Position numbers and translations under genes: made by a program
Shown here: positions 28,486-38,759 of the stretch, one piece after another
How the letters are laid out: each line of letters opens with the position of its first letter
How positions within the stretch are numbered: position 1 is the stretch's first letter
NCBI GenBank assembly: GCA_020635495.1
Contig: JACJZQ010000004.1
Span: 121,021-185,020 of the forward strand
Length of the DNA stretch: 64,000 nt
Direction of reading: 5' to 3'
Origin: Flavobacteriales bacterium
GTDB lineage: Bacteria; Bacteroidota; Bacteroidia; UBA10329
The notes under the pieces: generated by a model
Told to the model about the DNA's origin: nothing
Database searches by the model: none
The model's input: the letters and a program-made list of their open reading frames with translations, nothing else

Positions 28486-31400
28486 GTGAAACGCTTAATC
28501 ATCAGTACGTTAGCCATTTTGATCAGCTCCATTTGGATGCAGTCTAAAGGGCAGTTGGTGGTTACTACTGGGCAGACGGCTCAGCAGTTGGCAGAGGTTA
28601 TTGCGGGTCCGGGTGTGGTGGTCTCCAATGCCAGCATCACCGGAGACCCAACTGCCATTGGAGCTTTCAGTAGCGGTGCCAATAACCCCGGTTTGGGAAT
28701 TTCAAGTGGCGTGATACTGTCTTCAGGTGACGTTGCAGACGCACCACAGCCTAATGGCTCATTCTCATCGACCTCATTCAATTTGCCAGGCGACCCATTT
28801 TTGCAGGCACAGGCCGGAGAACAATCAAACGATGCAATTATTCTTCAATTCGATTTTGTGCCGAATGCCGATTTTGTGACTTTCGATTACGTATTCGGTT
28901 CGGAAGAGTATCCAGAATGGACCTGTTCTTTCAATGATATTTTTGCCTTTACCATACAAGGTATAACTGTTCCGTCACCAGAGGTGAATATAGCCTTGGT
29001 GCCAGGAACCAATATTCCAGTGGCCATCAACACAGTTAGTGATGATGTGGGTTGTATGATCTCAACATGTGGTCAGAGTAATATCCAGTATTACGTCAAC
29101 AATTCAAACGGACCCGCTTCTCAGTATGTGGTTTATGATGGGCTTACGGTTGTGATGTCTGCTGAAGCAACTGTTATCTGTGGTGAAACATATCGTTTAA
29201 GATTAATGCTTTCGGATGGTGGTGACTGGTCTTACGACTCCGGATGTTTTATAGAGGAGAACAGTTTGACCACAGGAAGTGTGATTGTTGAAACCGCTAC
29301 GGCAGCGGCTGATTCAACGGCATATGAGGGATGTAATGAAGCCACAGTTACACTTACGTTGAATGGACCACCAATTGCTCAGAATTTCCCAGTGCCGATC
29401 TGGATTTCAGACGCTACTGCAGATTACGGTATTGATTACAATGATATTCCTGAATTCAATCAAGCGGATAGTACGGTCATCATTCCAAGCGGTCAGAACA
29501 CCGTTTCATTTACCGTTACTCCGGTTAATGACAATATTCCGGAAGGCCCAGAATACATTGAGTTTACCGTTATTACTTCTACATGCGGGTTGACCAGTAC
29601 GTTCAGGATATACATTAACGACCTAGACCCGATAACAACTGTAACCAGTAACGACACTACTATCTGTACCGGTAATGCCATAGTTTGGTGTGAGGCCTCG
29701 GGTGGAAGTGGAGCATATACTTATACTTGGGACAATGGATTTGGAGTGGCTGACACGATATATCCGTCTCCAACGCAGACCACCGTCTACCAAGTTTCAG
29801 TTACAGATAACTGTGGCTCAACTCCTGCAACGGATGAAGTTGTTGTTACGGTAGATGATGGTCCGGATGCCAATGCAGGAAATGACATCTCTGTTTGTAT
29901 CGGAGGAAGCGTTGTGCTTAATGCAACATCTGATGCACCGGGAAGCACTTTCCTTTGGGACCCGCCAACAGACCTTTCAGACCCTGCTATTTTCAATCCA
30001 CTGTGTACTCCACAGCAGGATATGGAATACATCGTCACGGTGACACGTCCTGATGGATGCTCAAATGACGACACGGTCAACGTTACACTGACTCCACCAC
30101 CAACAGGTACGTTTGATATGAACCCAGTTGGATGTGCTGGAGAGCCGCTTATTATTGAATACAATGGAAATGCGAACGCTGCGGCCCAATACAATTGGAA
30201 TTTTGATGGCGCAACGGTTACCAACGGATCTGGAGGAGGACCTCTTGCTGTTTTCTGGGCTACGCCAGGAATCTACAATGTTGAACTGACCGTTTCTTGG
30301 AACGGATGTCTGTCTCCAACGGAAACAAATCAGATTGAGATACTTGGCCCACCGCCCGTCAATGCTGGTTCTGACATATCGTTCTGTTCTGGAGATTCAG
30401 GCCCCATCGGCTCGGCTCCAATTGCAGGTCATACATATTCATGGAGCCCAATCAATGGAGTGGCAGATCCAACAGCAAGTTCTACCACGCTGCAGTTGAC
30501 GAATCCTACGCACAATATTGAAGTGATTCAGTACGTGCTTACAGCGATAGATCAGGGCTGTAAAAACTACGATACTGTGAATGTTACCGTGTTCCCAATT
30601 CCAACGGCTCAGTTCGCAATTCCTGCTGGAATGTGTTTCAATGTGAACTCGTTCGACCTCTTGGCTACTGGACATTTTGGCCCCAACGCTACGTTCGTTT
30701 GGGATTTCGGTCCGGTAGGATTCCCTTCAGGATCTACCGACATGCAGCCTGAAGGAGTGATCTTCAATGTAGCAGGCCCGCAGGATGTAACGTTGGTCAT
30801 AACAGACAACACGTGCGAGAGTGTTCCCTTTGTTGGAACAATTGATGTGTACGAAATGCCAGTGGCAGATTTCAGTTTCGATATCAGCGATGGTTGTGAG
30901 CCACTTAACGTGACTTTCAATGACGAATCGTACAATGGCAACAGCACCCTTTACCATGTTTGGAATTTCGGTAACAATTCTTCTTCCACTCAGCAAGCGC
31001 CAACCGCTGTTTATGATGAAGGAGTTTACACTGTAACCTTGAATGTGACCACAGCCCAAGGTTGTTCCGATCAGGTTACGCAAACGGATGCGATTGAGGC
31101 ATATCGTAAGCCGAATGCTCTGTTTGAGATGAGTGATCGGGTGCTGTCAATTCTAGACCCTGATGTTACCGTTACCAACTTGGCAGATAGCATTGTAAGC
31201 AGCGAGTTTACTTTCCACCCCTTCGGTTATGTGGTCAACGCTTTTGAGGCTGAATACGAATATCCTGATACGGGCACGTATCAGATCACGCAAATTGTAA
31301 CAACTGCCAATGGTTGTACAGATACCATTACGGGTTCGTTGAAGGTAGAACCTTATTACACGTTTTACATTCCAGATGCGTTTACACCAGACAACAATGG

Positions 31401-31629
31401 TATAAATGAGGTTTGGATTCCACAGGGAACCAGCATTCGAAGTTTCAACATGACCATCTACAATAGATGGGATCAGGAGTTGTTCTACTCAGCAAGTTTG
31501 GATGATGGTTGGGATGGTACATTCATGGGTAAACAGGTACCGCAGGGAGTTTACATCTACAGTATAGATGTTCTCGATATTCTCGGAGAACCCCACAAGT
31601 ATCGGGGTCGGTTCAGTCTACTTCGCTGA
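28486..31629 (+). CDS. Very large (1047-aa) secreted adhesin-like protein with a choice-of-anchor-L-like N-terminus and a T9SS type-B CTD
   Basis: The N-terminal domain is paralogous to 24153..26240 (DAIILQFDFVP ... FDYVFGSEEY ... NDIFAFTIQG ... LSDGGDWSYDSGCFIE). It also has a Calx-beta-like segment, an SprB-type repeat (GGSGAYTYTW) and several PKD-like repeats. C-terminus: YIPDAFTPDNNGINEVW ... IYNRWDQ ... VYIYSIDV. Confidence 0.8.
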   Translation: MKRLIISTLAILISSIWMQSKGQLVVTTGQTAQQLAEVIAGPGVVVSNASITGDPTAIGAFSSGANNPGLGISSGVILSSGDVADAPQPNGSFSSTSFNLPGDPFLQAQAGEQSNDAIILQFDFVPNADFVTFDYVFGSEEYPEWTCSFNDIFAFTIQGITVPSPEVNIALVPGTNIPVAINTVSDDVGCMISTCGQSNIQYYVNNSNGPASQYVVYDGLTVVMSAEATVICGETYRLRLMLSDGGDWSYDSGCFIEENSLTTGSVIVETATAAADSTAYEGCNEATVTLTLNGPPIAQNFPVPIWISDATADYGIDYNDIPEFNQADSTVIIPSGQNTVSFTVTPVNDNIPEGPEYIEFTVITSTCGLTSTFRIYINDLDPITTVTSNDTTICTGNAIVWCEASGGSGAYTYTWDNGFGVADTIYPSPTQTTVYQVSVTDNCGSTPATDEVVVTVDDGPDANAGNDISVCIGGSVVLNATSDAPGSTFLWDPPTDLSDPAIFNPLCTPQQDMEYIVTVTRPDGCSNDDTVNVTLTPPPTGTFDMNPVGCAGEPLIIEYNGNANAAAQYNWNFDGATVTNGSGGGPLAVFWATPGIYNVELTVSWNGCLSPTETNQIEILGPPPVNAGSDISFCSGDSGPIGSAPIAGHTYSWSPINGVADPTASSTTLQLTNPTHNIEVIQYVLTAIDQGCKNYDTVNVTVFPIPTAQFAIPAGMCFNVNSFDLLATGHFGPNATFVWDFGPVGFPSGSTDMQPEGVIFNVAGPQDVTLVITDNTCESVPFVGTIDVYEMPVADFSFDISDGCEPLNVTFNDESYNGNSTLYHVWNFGNNSSSTQQAPTAVYDEGVYTVTLNVTTAQGCSDQVTQTDAIEAYRKPNALFEMSDRVLSILDPDVTVTNLADSIVSSEFTFHPFGYVVNAFEAEYEYPDTGTYQITQIVTTANGCTDTITGSLKVEPYYTFYIPDAFTPDNNGINEVWIPQGTSIRSFNMTIYNRWDQELFYSASLDDGWDGTFMGKQVPQGVYIYSIDVLDILGEPHKYRGRFSLLR

Positions 31630-33877
31630 TTCGGTTTGGAAACGGAATATTATTGACGAAGACCGATCCGTCAGACTCCTTCCACTTTACTGTTTCATCT
31701 GCTTTTCTTAATAGAATTCTGGATATGGTTCCAGGTCGCGCATCAATCAGAAAAACATGATGTTTGCCGGCCTCGGTTTGAAGGTTTTCTGAAACCAGCA
31801 ACCAGCCATCCAACAGGTTGGGGCTACTGCCGATACCTCCAGCAATTTTCCACTCTTCATCTACGGAGTAAACACGGTTGGGTGTAAGTTCTTGCATAGG
31901 GTCAACTTTCACCCAATAGCTGAGGTTCAGCAACTCGTTCTGTTGAAAGACAGAATCCAACAAACGGGAGCCACGCTTCACATCGTAAGCCTCTTGGTAC
32001 CATAGTTTGTCCTCGGACACTGCGAATGAATTGATAGGAGTCAAGAACCTGACGCCACCAGAAATAGCGGCACTTGAATCAATGGCCCTCGCATGAATTT
32101 CAGAGTACATCAGCTTTATTTCATCAACTGAAACGGAGTACAACGAGTAGTGCTCATTCTCAAACACTTTTTCAGCAAGGCCGATGAGCCGTTCCTCTTC
32201 TAGGTTCGTTTCCTCATTTGTTTTCAGTAAGAGGAGTTTCAACCCATCTTTCAGATCATCTAGAATTGGTCTTGGAAGAAGCGAATCTGCCACCAATTGG
32301 GCGGTTTTCTCGGTCACTTCAAGCGATGTTCTTGACATGGCTCCGCCAATTACCGGCAATCCGGTAGAGAAAGACGCGGCCAACGAATGTTCAGAGCTTC
32401 TTTTGCCTTTTTCAAGGCCGATTTTCTCAGATCCTATAAGCGCGATTGGAATTGGCAGAATGGCCTGATGATCCTCAATCACTACCCCAGCATTTTCCCA
32501 CTCTGTAACTACCTTGCTACTGAATGAATTCAAAGCAATTCGATGCTGAATTCCCTCCTTCACATATTTTATGTTGACAATGGCATCAAGTGTCCAAAAG
32601 AACAGCATGGCCACAACCAACATCGAATAGAAATAGGTGTATTTCCCTTGGCCTTTTATTCTAATGAGACGATAGAAAACGTAAATCTGAAACACGGTCC
32701 AGACGCCAATAATATAGTAGAATATCCATGCCACACGGCCTAAGGATCGGAACTGTTTTATGGGCAGGATGTAATCTGCCAGCCAATACAGACCCAGCTT
32801 GTGGAACAGCCCCATGGCAAATAGCAAGGTGATTACTCCTGGAACGAAAGCCTGTCGCAATGGACCTGCCAGCATTGGTCTGGTGATTGCTCGCCAACCT
32901 CTTCGCAACACTCGTTTTACAAACGGACCAATGGATGCAAAGAATATGAATACGGACACCATGCCGATGTAGGCGCTGCCTTCCCAACTGGTTGGGATAA
33001 AGAGTCTGAAAAAGTATGAATGAAATATATGTCGGAAAGGGTCGGAGGTGGGAGTGAAGATGCTTTGAAACGTAGCCATGAGGCTGTACATACCGGCCGG
33101 GTTCGAAGGTCTATCGGTGTAAGGGTCAACCAATTTCTGGTAAACCATGAACACCACTAATGGAACCAGAAGGGTAAATAGTCGAGGCAGCAATGCTTTT
33201 ACTTGATTGAATTGAAACTGGTTCAATACCAGATCCCAGATCAGAACGGCCCCAAGGAATATGACAAAAATGAATAGATAGTACGGGTGTAAAAACCCGA
33301 ATCCGAGTACAATCAAGGATGCTGCCAATGCCGTGATCCAAGGCAACTTGTATCGTGTAAATGCAGCTATTAGCAACCAACCAAGCGGTACAAAAAAAGT
33401 ATAGCCGAGTGCATAGTGTCCTGGGAACCGCAGAACCTGTGGACTTAGAAAAGCAATGCACAACGCAAATGGAACAGAGAACCAAGGTCCCACCAGGTTC
33501 CAGACCAAAAGCCGATGCACGCACCATGCACAGACTACCAAACTGAAGATCATCAGCAGGTTCATGATGCCGATGACGCTGCCTCCATTGCTTGCATCGC
33601 CATCAACAAACCAACCTAGAACTTTAGTAAGCAATGGCTGACCATCTGCAAAAATGATGTGGTCTCCATACGGATAAAGCATGCCGTTGAACCAAAGTCC
33701 GTCTCCATGAATGACCTGATAAGCAATCGAGTAATAGTTTTTGAGACCGTCTCCATCAGCTCCAAAAAGGAACTCGTTCGGATGCAAGATAATTTCACCG
33801 AAAAACCGGAAGCAGATTGCAATGGCCATAAGCACTACCACAGTTGCCGAAAGAAAAACTTGACGGTTGAAACGCAT
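31613..33877 (-). CDS. 754-aa polytopic membrane protein with a large C-terminal soluble domain; GT-C / YfhO-like architecture (inferred)
   Basis: About 12 hydrophobic helices lie in the first ~440 aa. There is an acidic first-loop motif, FGADGDGLKNYY. The remaining ~300 aa are non-membrane. The start overlaps the stop of the upstream GT2 gene (TAATG). Confidence 0.5.
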   Translation of the reverse strand: MRFNRQVFLSATVVVLMAIAICFRFFGEIILHPNEFLFGADGDGLKNYYSIAYQVIHGDGLWFNGMLYPYGDHIIFADGQPLLTKVLGWFVDGDASNGGSVIGIMNLLMIFSLVVCAWCVHRLLVWNLVGPWFSVPFALCIAFLSPQVLRFPGHYALGYTFFVPLGWLLIAAFTRYKLPWITALAASLIVLGFGFLHPYYLFIFVIFLGAVLIWDLVLNQFQFNQVKALLPRLFTLLVPLVVFMVYQKLVDPYTDRPSNPAGMYSLMATFQSIFTPTSDPFRHIFHSYFFRLFIPTSWEGSAYIGMVSVFIFFASIGPFVKRVLRRGWRAITRPMLAGPLRQAFVPGVITLLFAMGLFHKLGLYWLADYILPIKQFRSLGRVAWIFYYIIGVWTVFQIYVFYRLIRIKGQGKYTYFYSMLVVAMLFFWTLDAIVNIKYVKEGIQHRIALNSFSSKVVTEWENAGVVIEDHQAILPIPIALIGSEKIGLEKGKRSSEHSLAASFSTGLPVIGGAMSRTSLEVTEKTAQLVADSLLPRPILDDLKDGLKLLLLKTNEETNLEEERLIGLAEKVFENEHYSLYSVSVDEIKLMYSEIHARAIDSSAAISGGVRFLTPINSFAVSEDKLWYQEAYDVKRGSRLLDSVFQQNELLNLSYWVKVDPMQELTPNRVYSVDEEWKIAGGIGSSPNLLDGWLLVSENLQTEAGKHHVFLIDARPGTISRILLRKADETVKWKESDGSVFVNNIPFPNRISEVD

Positions 33878-34593
33878 TACTTCCTGAACAATAGTACGAT
33901 GAAGTTGCCCAATTCTTTGAGAAGTATCATCAGACTTGGTGAGGGAAGAACGATGTCCTGTTTCAACTCCACGTCCAAACCTATAAGCCTGAGATCGGTT
34001 TTCGAAGCTTTCTGAATGAATTCTAGGTCAAATAGATATCGGTTTACCCGCGTTTGAAGAAAGACTTTGCGCCCTTTGTGGTTGAATGCCTTCAAGCCGC
34101 CTTGTGTGTCTGAGATCTTCAATCCGAACAGAATTCCATTCAGCCAACGCAGCGATTTCGACAATATTCTACGGAAACCAGATAGTGCATTGTAATAGGA
34201 ATCACCTCGGCTTGCCAACACAACATCTGCCTCGTCATTTTTGAGAAGGTTGTAGAAAAGTTTAACCGATTCTTCCACGTACGGAACGTCTATATCCGTG
34301 TAAAGTTGGAAGTGCGCGTTACCGCTACTTATCCCTTTTCTGACCGCGAATCCCTTGCCTTGATTCTTAGGGTATTCGATCAGTTTGACTTCAGAATGAG
34401 TTGACGTTAACTTGGAGAGTTCATCGTCTTTCAATGGTTCACTCGATCCATCATTCACAAGAATTATGGATTCTATAACACCCTCGCCAAGCAACATTTT
34501 GATCTTGGTCATGCTTTCAGACAGCGATTTACCCCAACCCGGTCGTGGGTTGTAGCACGGAAGAATGATGTCCAACGTTTTGGCAGCGCTCAT
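33877..34593 (-). CDS. Family-2 glycosyltransferase (polyprenol-phosphate sugar synthase / DPM1-GtrB-like)
   Basis: LDIILPCYNP ... ILVNDGS ... YTDIDVPY is the GT-A GT2 pattern with a DxD-like motif. The ATG at 34593 is preferred; the ORF track extends to 34641. Confidence 0.75.
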   Translation of the reverse strand: MSAAKTLDIILPCYNPRPGWGKSLSESMTKIKMLLGEGVIESIILVNDGSSEPLKDDELSKLTSTHSEVKLIEYPKNQGKGFAVRKGISSGNAHFQLYTDIDVPYVEESVKLFYNLLKNDEADVVLASRGDSYYNALSGFRRILSKSLRWLNGILFGLKISDTQGGLKAFNHKGRKVFLQTRVNRYLFDLEFIQKASKTDLRLIGLDVELKQDIVLPSPSLMILLKELGNFIVLLFRK

Positions 34594-34676
34594 CGGTTGG
34601 GCGAAAATAGCGAAACGAGTTTGCCGCGTAACGTGCTTCATTGTCTGCCAAACTGACAGTTTCTGTATTTAATCTG

Positions 34677-34684
34677 TACCTTTG
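34677..34684 (+). promoter_or_regulatory. Candidate -7 box TACCTTTG upstream of miaB
   Basis: Perfect TAnnTTTG followed by C, 17 nt before the miaB ATG. Confidence 0.4.
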
Positions 34685-34701
34685 CGCTCCAATTTTTTAA
34701 G

Positions 34702-36144
34702 ATGCGGAATCAAGATATTTCAGTCAAGGAGATTGACGAAACAAGACAGGGCGAGGCGTTGGAAATGGCCACAAAAGGTACTGGCGGCAAGAAATTGTAC
34801 ATCGAATCTTACGGCTGCGCCATGAATTTCTCTGATAGCGAGATCGTGGCATCGGTGCTTATCGATGAAGGCTTTGAAACTACCAAAGTGATGGAAGAGG
34901 CCGATGTGATCTTTGTGAACACATGCGCCATTCGCGATAATGCGGAGCAGCGTGTCCGTGGCCGATTGGATCAATTCCGCAAGGCCAAAAAGAGCAAGCC
35001 TGAAATGGTTATCGGTGTGATGGGTTGCATGGCAGAACGCCTCAAATCCAAGTTGTTGGAGGAGGAAAAGTTGGTTGATATTGTGGTTGGTCCTGATAGC
35101 TACCGCGACCTTCCAAACTTGGTTCGCGTGGCCGAATCAGGCCAAAAAGCCGTTAACGTACTGCTTTCAAGGGAAGAAACGTATGCAGACATCAACCCTG
35201 TTCGTTTGGGCGGAAATGGTGTAAGCGCATTCGTTTCCATAACGCGTGGTTGCGACAACATGTGCAGCTTCTGCGTGGTGCCGTTTACCAGAGGCCGTGA
35301 GCGTAGCCGCGACCCAGAATCAATCGTTGCCGAGTGCAAGCAACTGTTTGAGAACGGTTACAAGGAAGTAACACTTCTTGGCCAGAACGTGGACAGTTAC
35401 CTATGGGGCGGAGGTGGCCTAAAGAAGGATATCATCGCCCGTGGCGACCTCAGCGGAACAATAAGTTTTGCTGAGTTGCTGATCATGGTCGCGCAGATCA
35501 GTCCAGAATTGCGCGTGCGTTTCTCCACATCTCACCCAAAAGACATGCACGATGATGTGCTGTACGCTATGGCAAAGTACCATAACATTTGCAGCTACAT
35601 CCATTTGCCAGTTCAGTCGGGCAGCACGCGTTTGCTGGAGCTGATGAACCGTGGCTATACCCGCGAGTGGTACTTTGAGCGAATGGCCAAGATCAAGGAG
35701 ATCGTGCCAGATTGCGGACTTTCAACAGACATCATCACGGGTTTCTGTACCGAAACGGAAGAAGATCATCAGGATACCTTGAGTTTGATGGAAGAGATCG
35801 GTTTCGATTTCGCTTACATGTTCAAATATTCGGAGCGACCAGGAACTGCCGCTGCCAAGAAGATGGAAGATGATATTCCAGAGGAGATAAAGCAGAGACG
35901 ATTGGCTGAAGTGATCGAAATCCAAGCGAAAAACTCGCACGAGAGCAATAAGAAGGACCTTGGTAAAACGTTTCAGGTTCTGGTGGAAGGAACTTCCAAG
36001 AAATCGGACGAGATGCTTCAGGGCAGAAACCCACAGAACAAGGTGGTGGTTTTCCCGAAAGAAGACTTTAAGAAAGGAGATTATGTAAACGTTCTGGTGA
36101 CCGATTGTACATCGGCCACGTTATTGGGGACAGCCGTAAAATGA
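34702..36144 (+). CDS. miaB: tRNA (i6A37) methylthiotransferase MiaB
   Basis: UPF0004 N-domain ([10 protein letters not shown]), radical-SAM CxxxCxxC ([11 protein letters not shown]) and a C-terminal TRAM domain. Confidence 0.92.
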   Translation: MRNQDISVKEIDETRQGEALEMATKGTGGKKLYIESYGCAMNFSDSEIVASVLIDEGFETTKVMEEADVIFVNTCAIRDNAEQRVRGRLDQFRKAKKSKPEMVIGVMGCMAERLKSKLLEEEKLVDIVVGPDSYRDLPNLVRVAESGQKAVNVLLSREETYADINPVRLGGNGVSAFVSITRGCDNMCSFCVVPFTRGRERSRDPESIVAECKQLFENGYKEVTLLGQNVDSYLWGGGGLKKDIIARGDLSGTISFAELLIMVAQISPELRVRFSTSHPKDMHDDVLYAMAKYHNICSYIHLPVQSGSTRLLELMNRGYTREWYFERMAKIKEIVPDCGLSTDIITGFCTETEEDHQDTLSLMEEIGFDFAYMFKYSERPGTAAAKKMEDDIPEEIKQRRLAEVIEIQAKNSHESNKKDLGKTFQVLVEGTSKKSDEMLQGRNPQNKVVVFPKEDFKKGDYVNVLVTDCTSATLLGTAVK

Positions 36145-36152
36145 GGTAGAGG

Positions 36153-37391
36153 ATGACGGTAGATCAGATAAAACAGCGGTTCGGCATCATTGGGCATTCG
36201 CCTTTGCTGAACCATGCCATCAACACGGCCATGCAAGTGGCGCCAACCGATATTTCTGTGTTGGTAACGGGCGAAAGTGGAACGGGTAAGGAAGCCCTGC
36301 CGCAGATCATCCATCAAATGAGTTCGCGCAAGCATGGCCAGTACATTGCGGTAAACTGCGGTGCGATTCCTGAAGGAACCATCGACTCGGAACTTTTCGG
36401 ACACGAAAAAGGCTCTTTTACAGGAGCGCACGAGGCACGTAAAGGTTACTTCGAAGTAGCCGATGGTGGAACCATTTTCTTGGATGAGGTGGCCGAATTG
36501 CCGATGTCAACGCAGGTTCGTCTGTTGCGGGTTTTGGAAACGGGCGAATTCATCAAAGTAGGTTCTTCCAAGCCGTTGAAAACCAACGTGCGGACGGTTG
36601 CCGCAACCAACGTCAACATTCCAGACGCCATCAGTAAAGGCAAGTTCAGAGAAGACCTTTATTATCGTTTGAATACGGTGCCGATCATCATTCCGCCATT
36701 GCGCGAACGACAAGAAGACATTCCGCTGTTGTTCAGAAAATTTGCGGGAGATTTTGCCGAGAAGTACCGCATGCCGAACGTCCGCCTGTCTGATGAAGCG
36801 CGTGTCTTGCTGATGAACTATCGCTGGCCGGGAAACATCCGTCAATTGAGGAATGTTACCGAACAGATTTCCATCATTGAGCAGGATAGAGAGATCAGCG
36901 CAGAAATTCTCAGAAACTATCTGCCTGATCATGGAAAGACCAACCTTCCTGCCATCAGAACCGCAGGAGCTCCGAACGGTGGAGGAGATTCTCAGACAGA
37001 ATTCTCTGAGCGCGAACTGATGTACAAGGTGCTTTTTGACATGAAACGGGACATCAACGACCTCAAAAAATTGGTGTTGGATGTCGTTTCCGGGCAAGGA
37101 GATGCTGAGATAACCGAGCATCACGCTTCCACCATTCGAAGATTGCATCAGGATGTGGCTCCAACCGATTTCGACTCTGGGGTTCACGAAGTGCAGATAC
37201 ACAGACCGGGAGAACACACATTTGATGAGCACGAAGAAGTGGAAGAGTCGCTTTCTCTGGAGGACCGTGAAATAGAACTCATCAAAAAGGCGTTAGAGCG
37301 GCACCGCGGAAAGCGTAAAGCAGCCGCGCAAGAACTCGGAATTTCTGAAAGAACACTTTACAGAAAGATCAAGGAGCACAACTTGGGATAG
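36153..37391 (+). CDS. Sigma-54-dependent transcriptional activator with no N-terminal sensory/receiver domain
   Basis: It starts directly with the AAA+ domain: Walker [15 protein letters not shown] variant GSFTGA, Walker B IFLDEV. There is a long acidic linker and a C-terminal Fis-type HTH ([19 protein letters not shown]). Confidence 0.88.
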   Translation: MTVDQIKQRFGIIGHSPLLNHAINTAMQVAPTDISVLVTGESGTGKEALPQIIHQMSSRKHGQYIAVNCGAIPEGTIDSELFGHEKGSFTGAHEARKGYFEVADGGTIFLDEVAELPMSTQVRLLRVLETGEFIKVGSSKPLKTNVRTVAATNVNIPDAISKGKFREDLYYRLNTVPIIIPPLRERQEDIPLLFRKFAGDFAEKYRMPNVRLSDEARVLLMNYRWPGNIRQLRNVTEQISIIEQDREISAEILRNYLPDHGKTNLPAIRTAGAPNGGGDSQTEFSERELMYKVLFDMKRDINDLKKLVLDVVSGQGDAEITEHHASTIRRLHQDVAPTDFDSGVHEVQIHRPGEHTFDEHEEVEESLSLEDREIELIKKALERHRGKRKAAAQELGISERTLYRKIKEHNLG

Positions 37392-37946
37392 ATGATAGAT
37401 ATCAGAAATCAGATGTCAGATTTTTCTCTTCGGAATGTGGTATTACGCTCATTCCTTCTGATTTCTGTCGTCTGGAATCTGACGTCTCTCAGCGGATGCG
37501 GAGTTTACTCCTTTACCGGGGCCAGTATTTCACCGGAAGTAAAGTCTGTCAGCGTTGATTTTTTTCCTGCCTACGCACCACTTGCACCGGCAAATGTTCC
37601 GCAAGAATTCACCGAGGCGCTCAGAGAACTTTTTGTCAGCAGAACCAACCTCGACCTTTACAATAAGAACGGAGATATACGTTTTGAAGGCTACATATCT
37701 GATTATCAAACGCGGCCCGTGGCTATCCAAGGCAACGAGACCGCAGCACAGAACCGCCTTACAATGACGGTTCAGGTAACCTTTACAAACACCAAAGAAG
37801 AAGACAAGAGTTTTGAGAAATCGTTCTCACGATTTGCTGATTTTGACGCTACACAGAACTTAACGGACGTGGAGCAGGCACTGATTGCGGAGATTCACGA
37901 GCAGCTCATTCTTGACATTTTCAACGAGGCAGTGGTTAACTGGTAA
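37392..37946 (+). CDS. lptE: LptE-like LPS-assembly lipoprotein
   Basis: Lipobox LSGC. Size and position (after the sigma-54 EBP, before secG) match the conserved Bacteroidota arrangement. The start directly follows the EBP stop. Confidence 0.6.
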   Translation: MIDIRNQMSDFSLRNVVLRSFLLISVVWNLTSLSGCGVYSFTGASISPEVKSVSVDFFPAYAPLAPANVPQEFTEALRELFVSRTNLDLYNKNGDIRFEGYISDYQTRPVAIQGNETAAQNRLTMTVQVTFTNTKEEDKSFEKSFSRFADFDATQNLTDVEQALIAEIHEQLILDIFNEAVVNW

Positions 37947-38758
37947 TGACGCAAGATCAATTCAACAAATGGCTGAATGACCCGGGTTCAATGAACTCGG
38001 ATAGTATTCCGCAGTTGCGTGAGGTGATCAAACGTTACCCATATTTCAACGTGGCGCAGATGCTGTTGGCTAAGAATCTTCGGTCAGAAAATCATATTGA
38101 TCAGCTGAAGCAATTACAGTTGGCGGCCGTTATGGCACCGGACAGAAAGGTGTTTCACGATTATTTGAATGACAGGAAAAAGGTGGTTCCGGCAAAGCTG
38201 GATGAGCCTACGGTCGTTGAAATTGAACCTGCAGAAGCGGAGACTGCAGATCAGGAAATCACAAAACCTGAACCTAGATTCCCAGACGAACTCATTCCAG
38301 AACCGGTAATCTATCAACTGGAAACAGCCGACCTCCCTGAATTACCGGTTAAGGAAGAACAGAAATCGATAGAGCCCGAAGAGCTCAGTTTCAGCGAATG
38401 GCTGGCTTTCACAGAATCTGGAGAATTGACCGAAGCTCCGTCAGAAAAGTCTCAAGGAAAAATCCCTGTGGGAGAAGAACTCAGCGGAATCGACATCATC
38501 GATCACTTCCTGTCACAGGCAGATGAGCTCCCGAAGAAGCGTGCAGAATTCTTTGATCCAAGAAAGGCGGCAGCCAAAGCAGATAAGGACGATTTTACGG
38601 TTGTTTCGGAAACATTGGCCAAGATCTATTTCCAGCAGGAAAAATACGAGCTGGCAAAACAGGCATACCGATCTCTTAGCTTGAATTATCCCGAGAAAAG
38701 CGTTTACTTTGCCGCCCGTTTGAAAGAAATAGAGGAAAAACTCAACTCAGAAGGTTAA
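37946..38758 (+). CDS. Hypothetical protein with an acidic low-complexity centre and a TPR-like C-terminus
   Basis: 270 aa. The start overlaps the lptE stop (TAATG). C-terminus: AKIYFQQEKYELAKQAYRSLSLNYPEKSVYF. Confidence 0.55.
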   Translation: MTQDQFNKWLNDPGSMNSDSIPQLREVIKRYPYFNVAQMLLAKNLRSENHIDQLKQLQLAAVMAPDRKVFHDYLNDRKKVVPAKLDEPTVVEIEPAEAETADQEITKPEPRFPDELIPEPVIYQLETADLPELPVKEEQKSIEPEELSFSEWLAFTESGELTEAPSEKSQGKIPVGEELSGIDIIDHFLSQADELPKKRAEFFDPRKAAAKADKDDFTVVSETLAKIYFQQEKYELAKQAYRSLSLNYPEKSVYFAARLKEIEEKLNSEG

Positions 38759-38759
38759 A

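Noticed and set aside
31613-31629. Tail-to-tail coding overlaps of convergent genes: 17 nt here, 17 nt at 44971-44987, 4 nt at 41935-41938, and abutting stops at 18702-18707.
   Set aside because: No hairpin or repeat structure is visible in the overlaps. Such overlaps are common in compact genomes and are probably incidental.
36507-37232. A 241-aa ORF antisense to the sigma-54 activator.
   Set aside because: It is fully nested in a gene with clear AAA+ motifs and has no recognisable domain. It is a shadow ORF.
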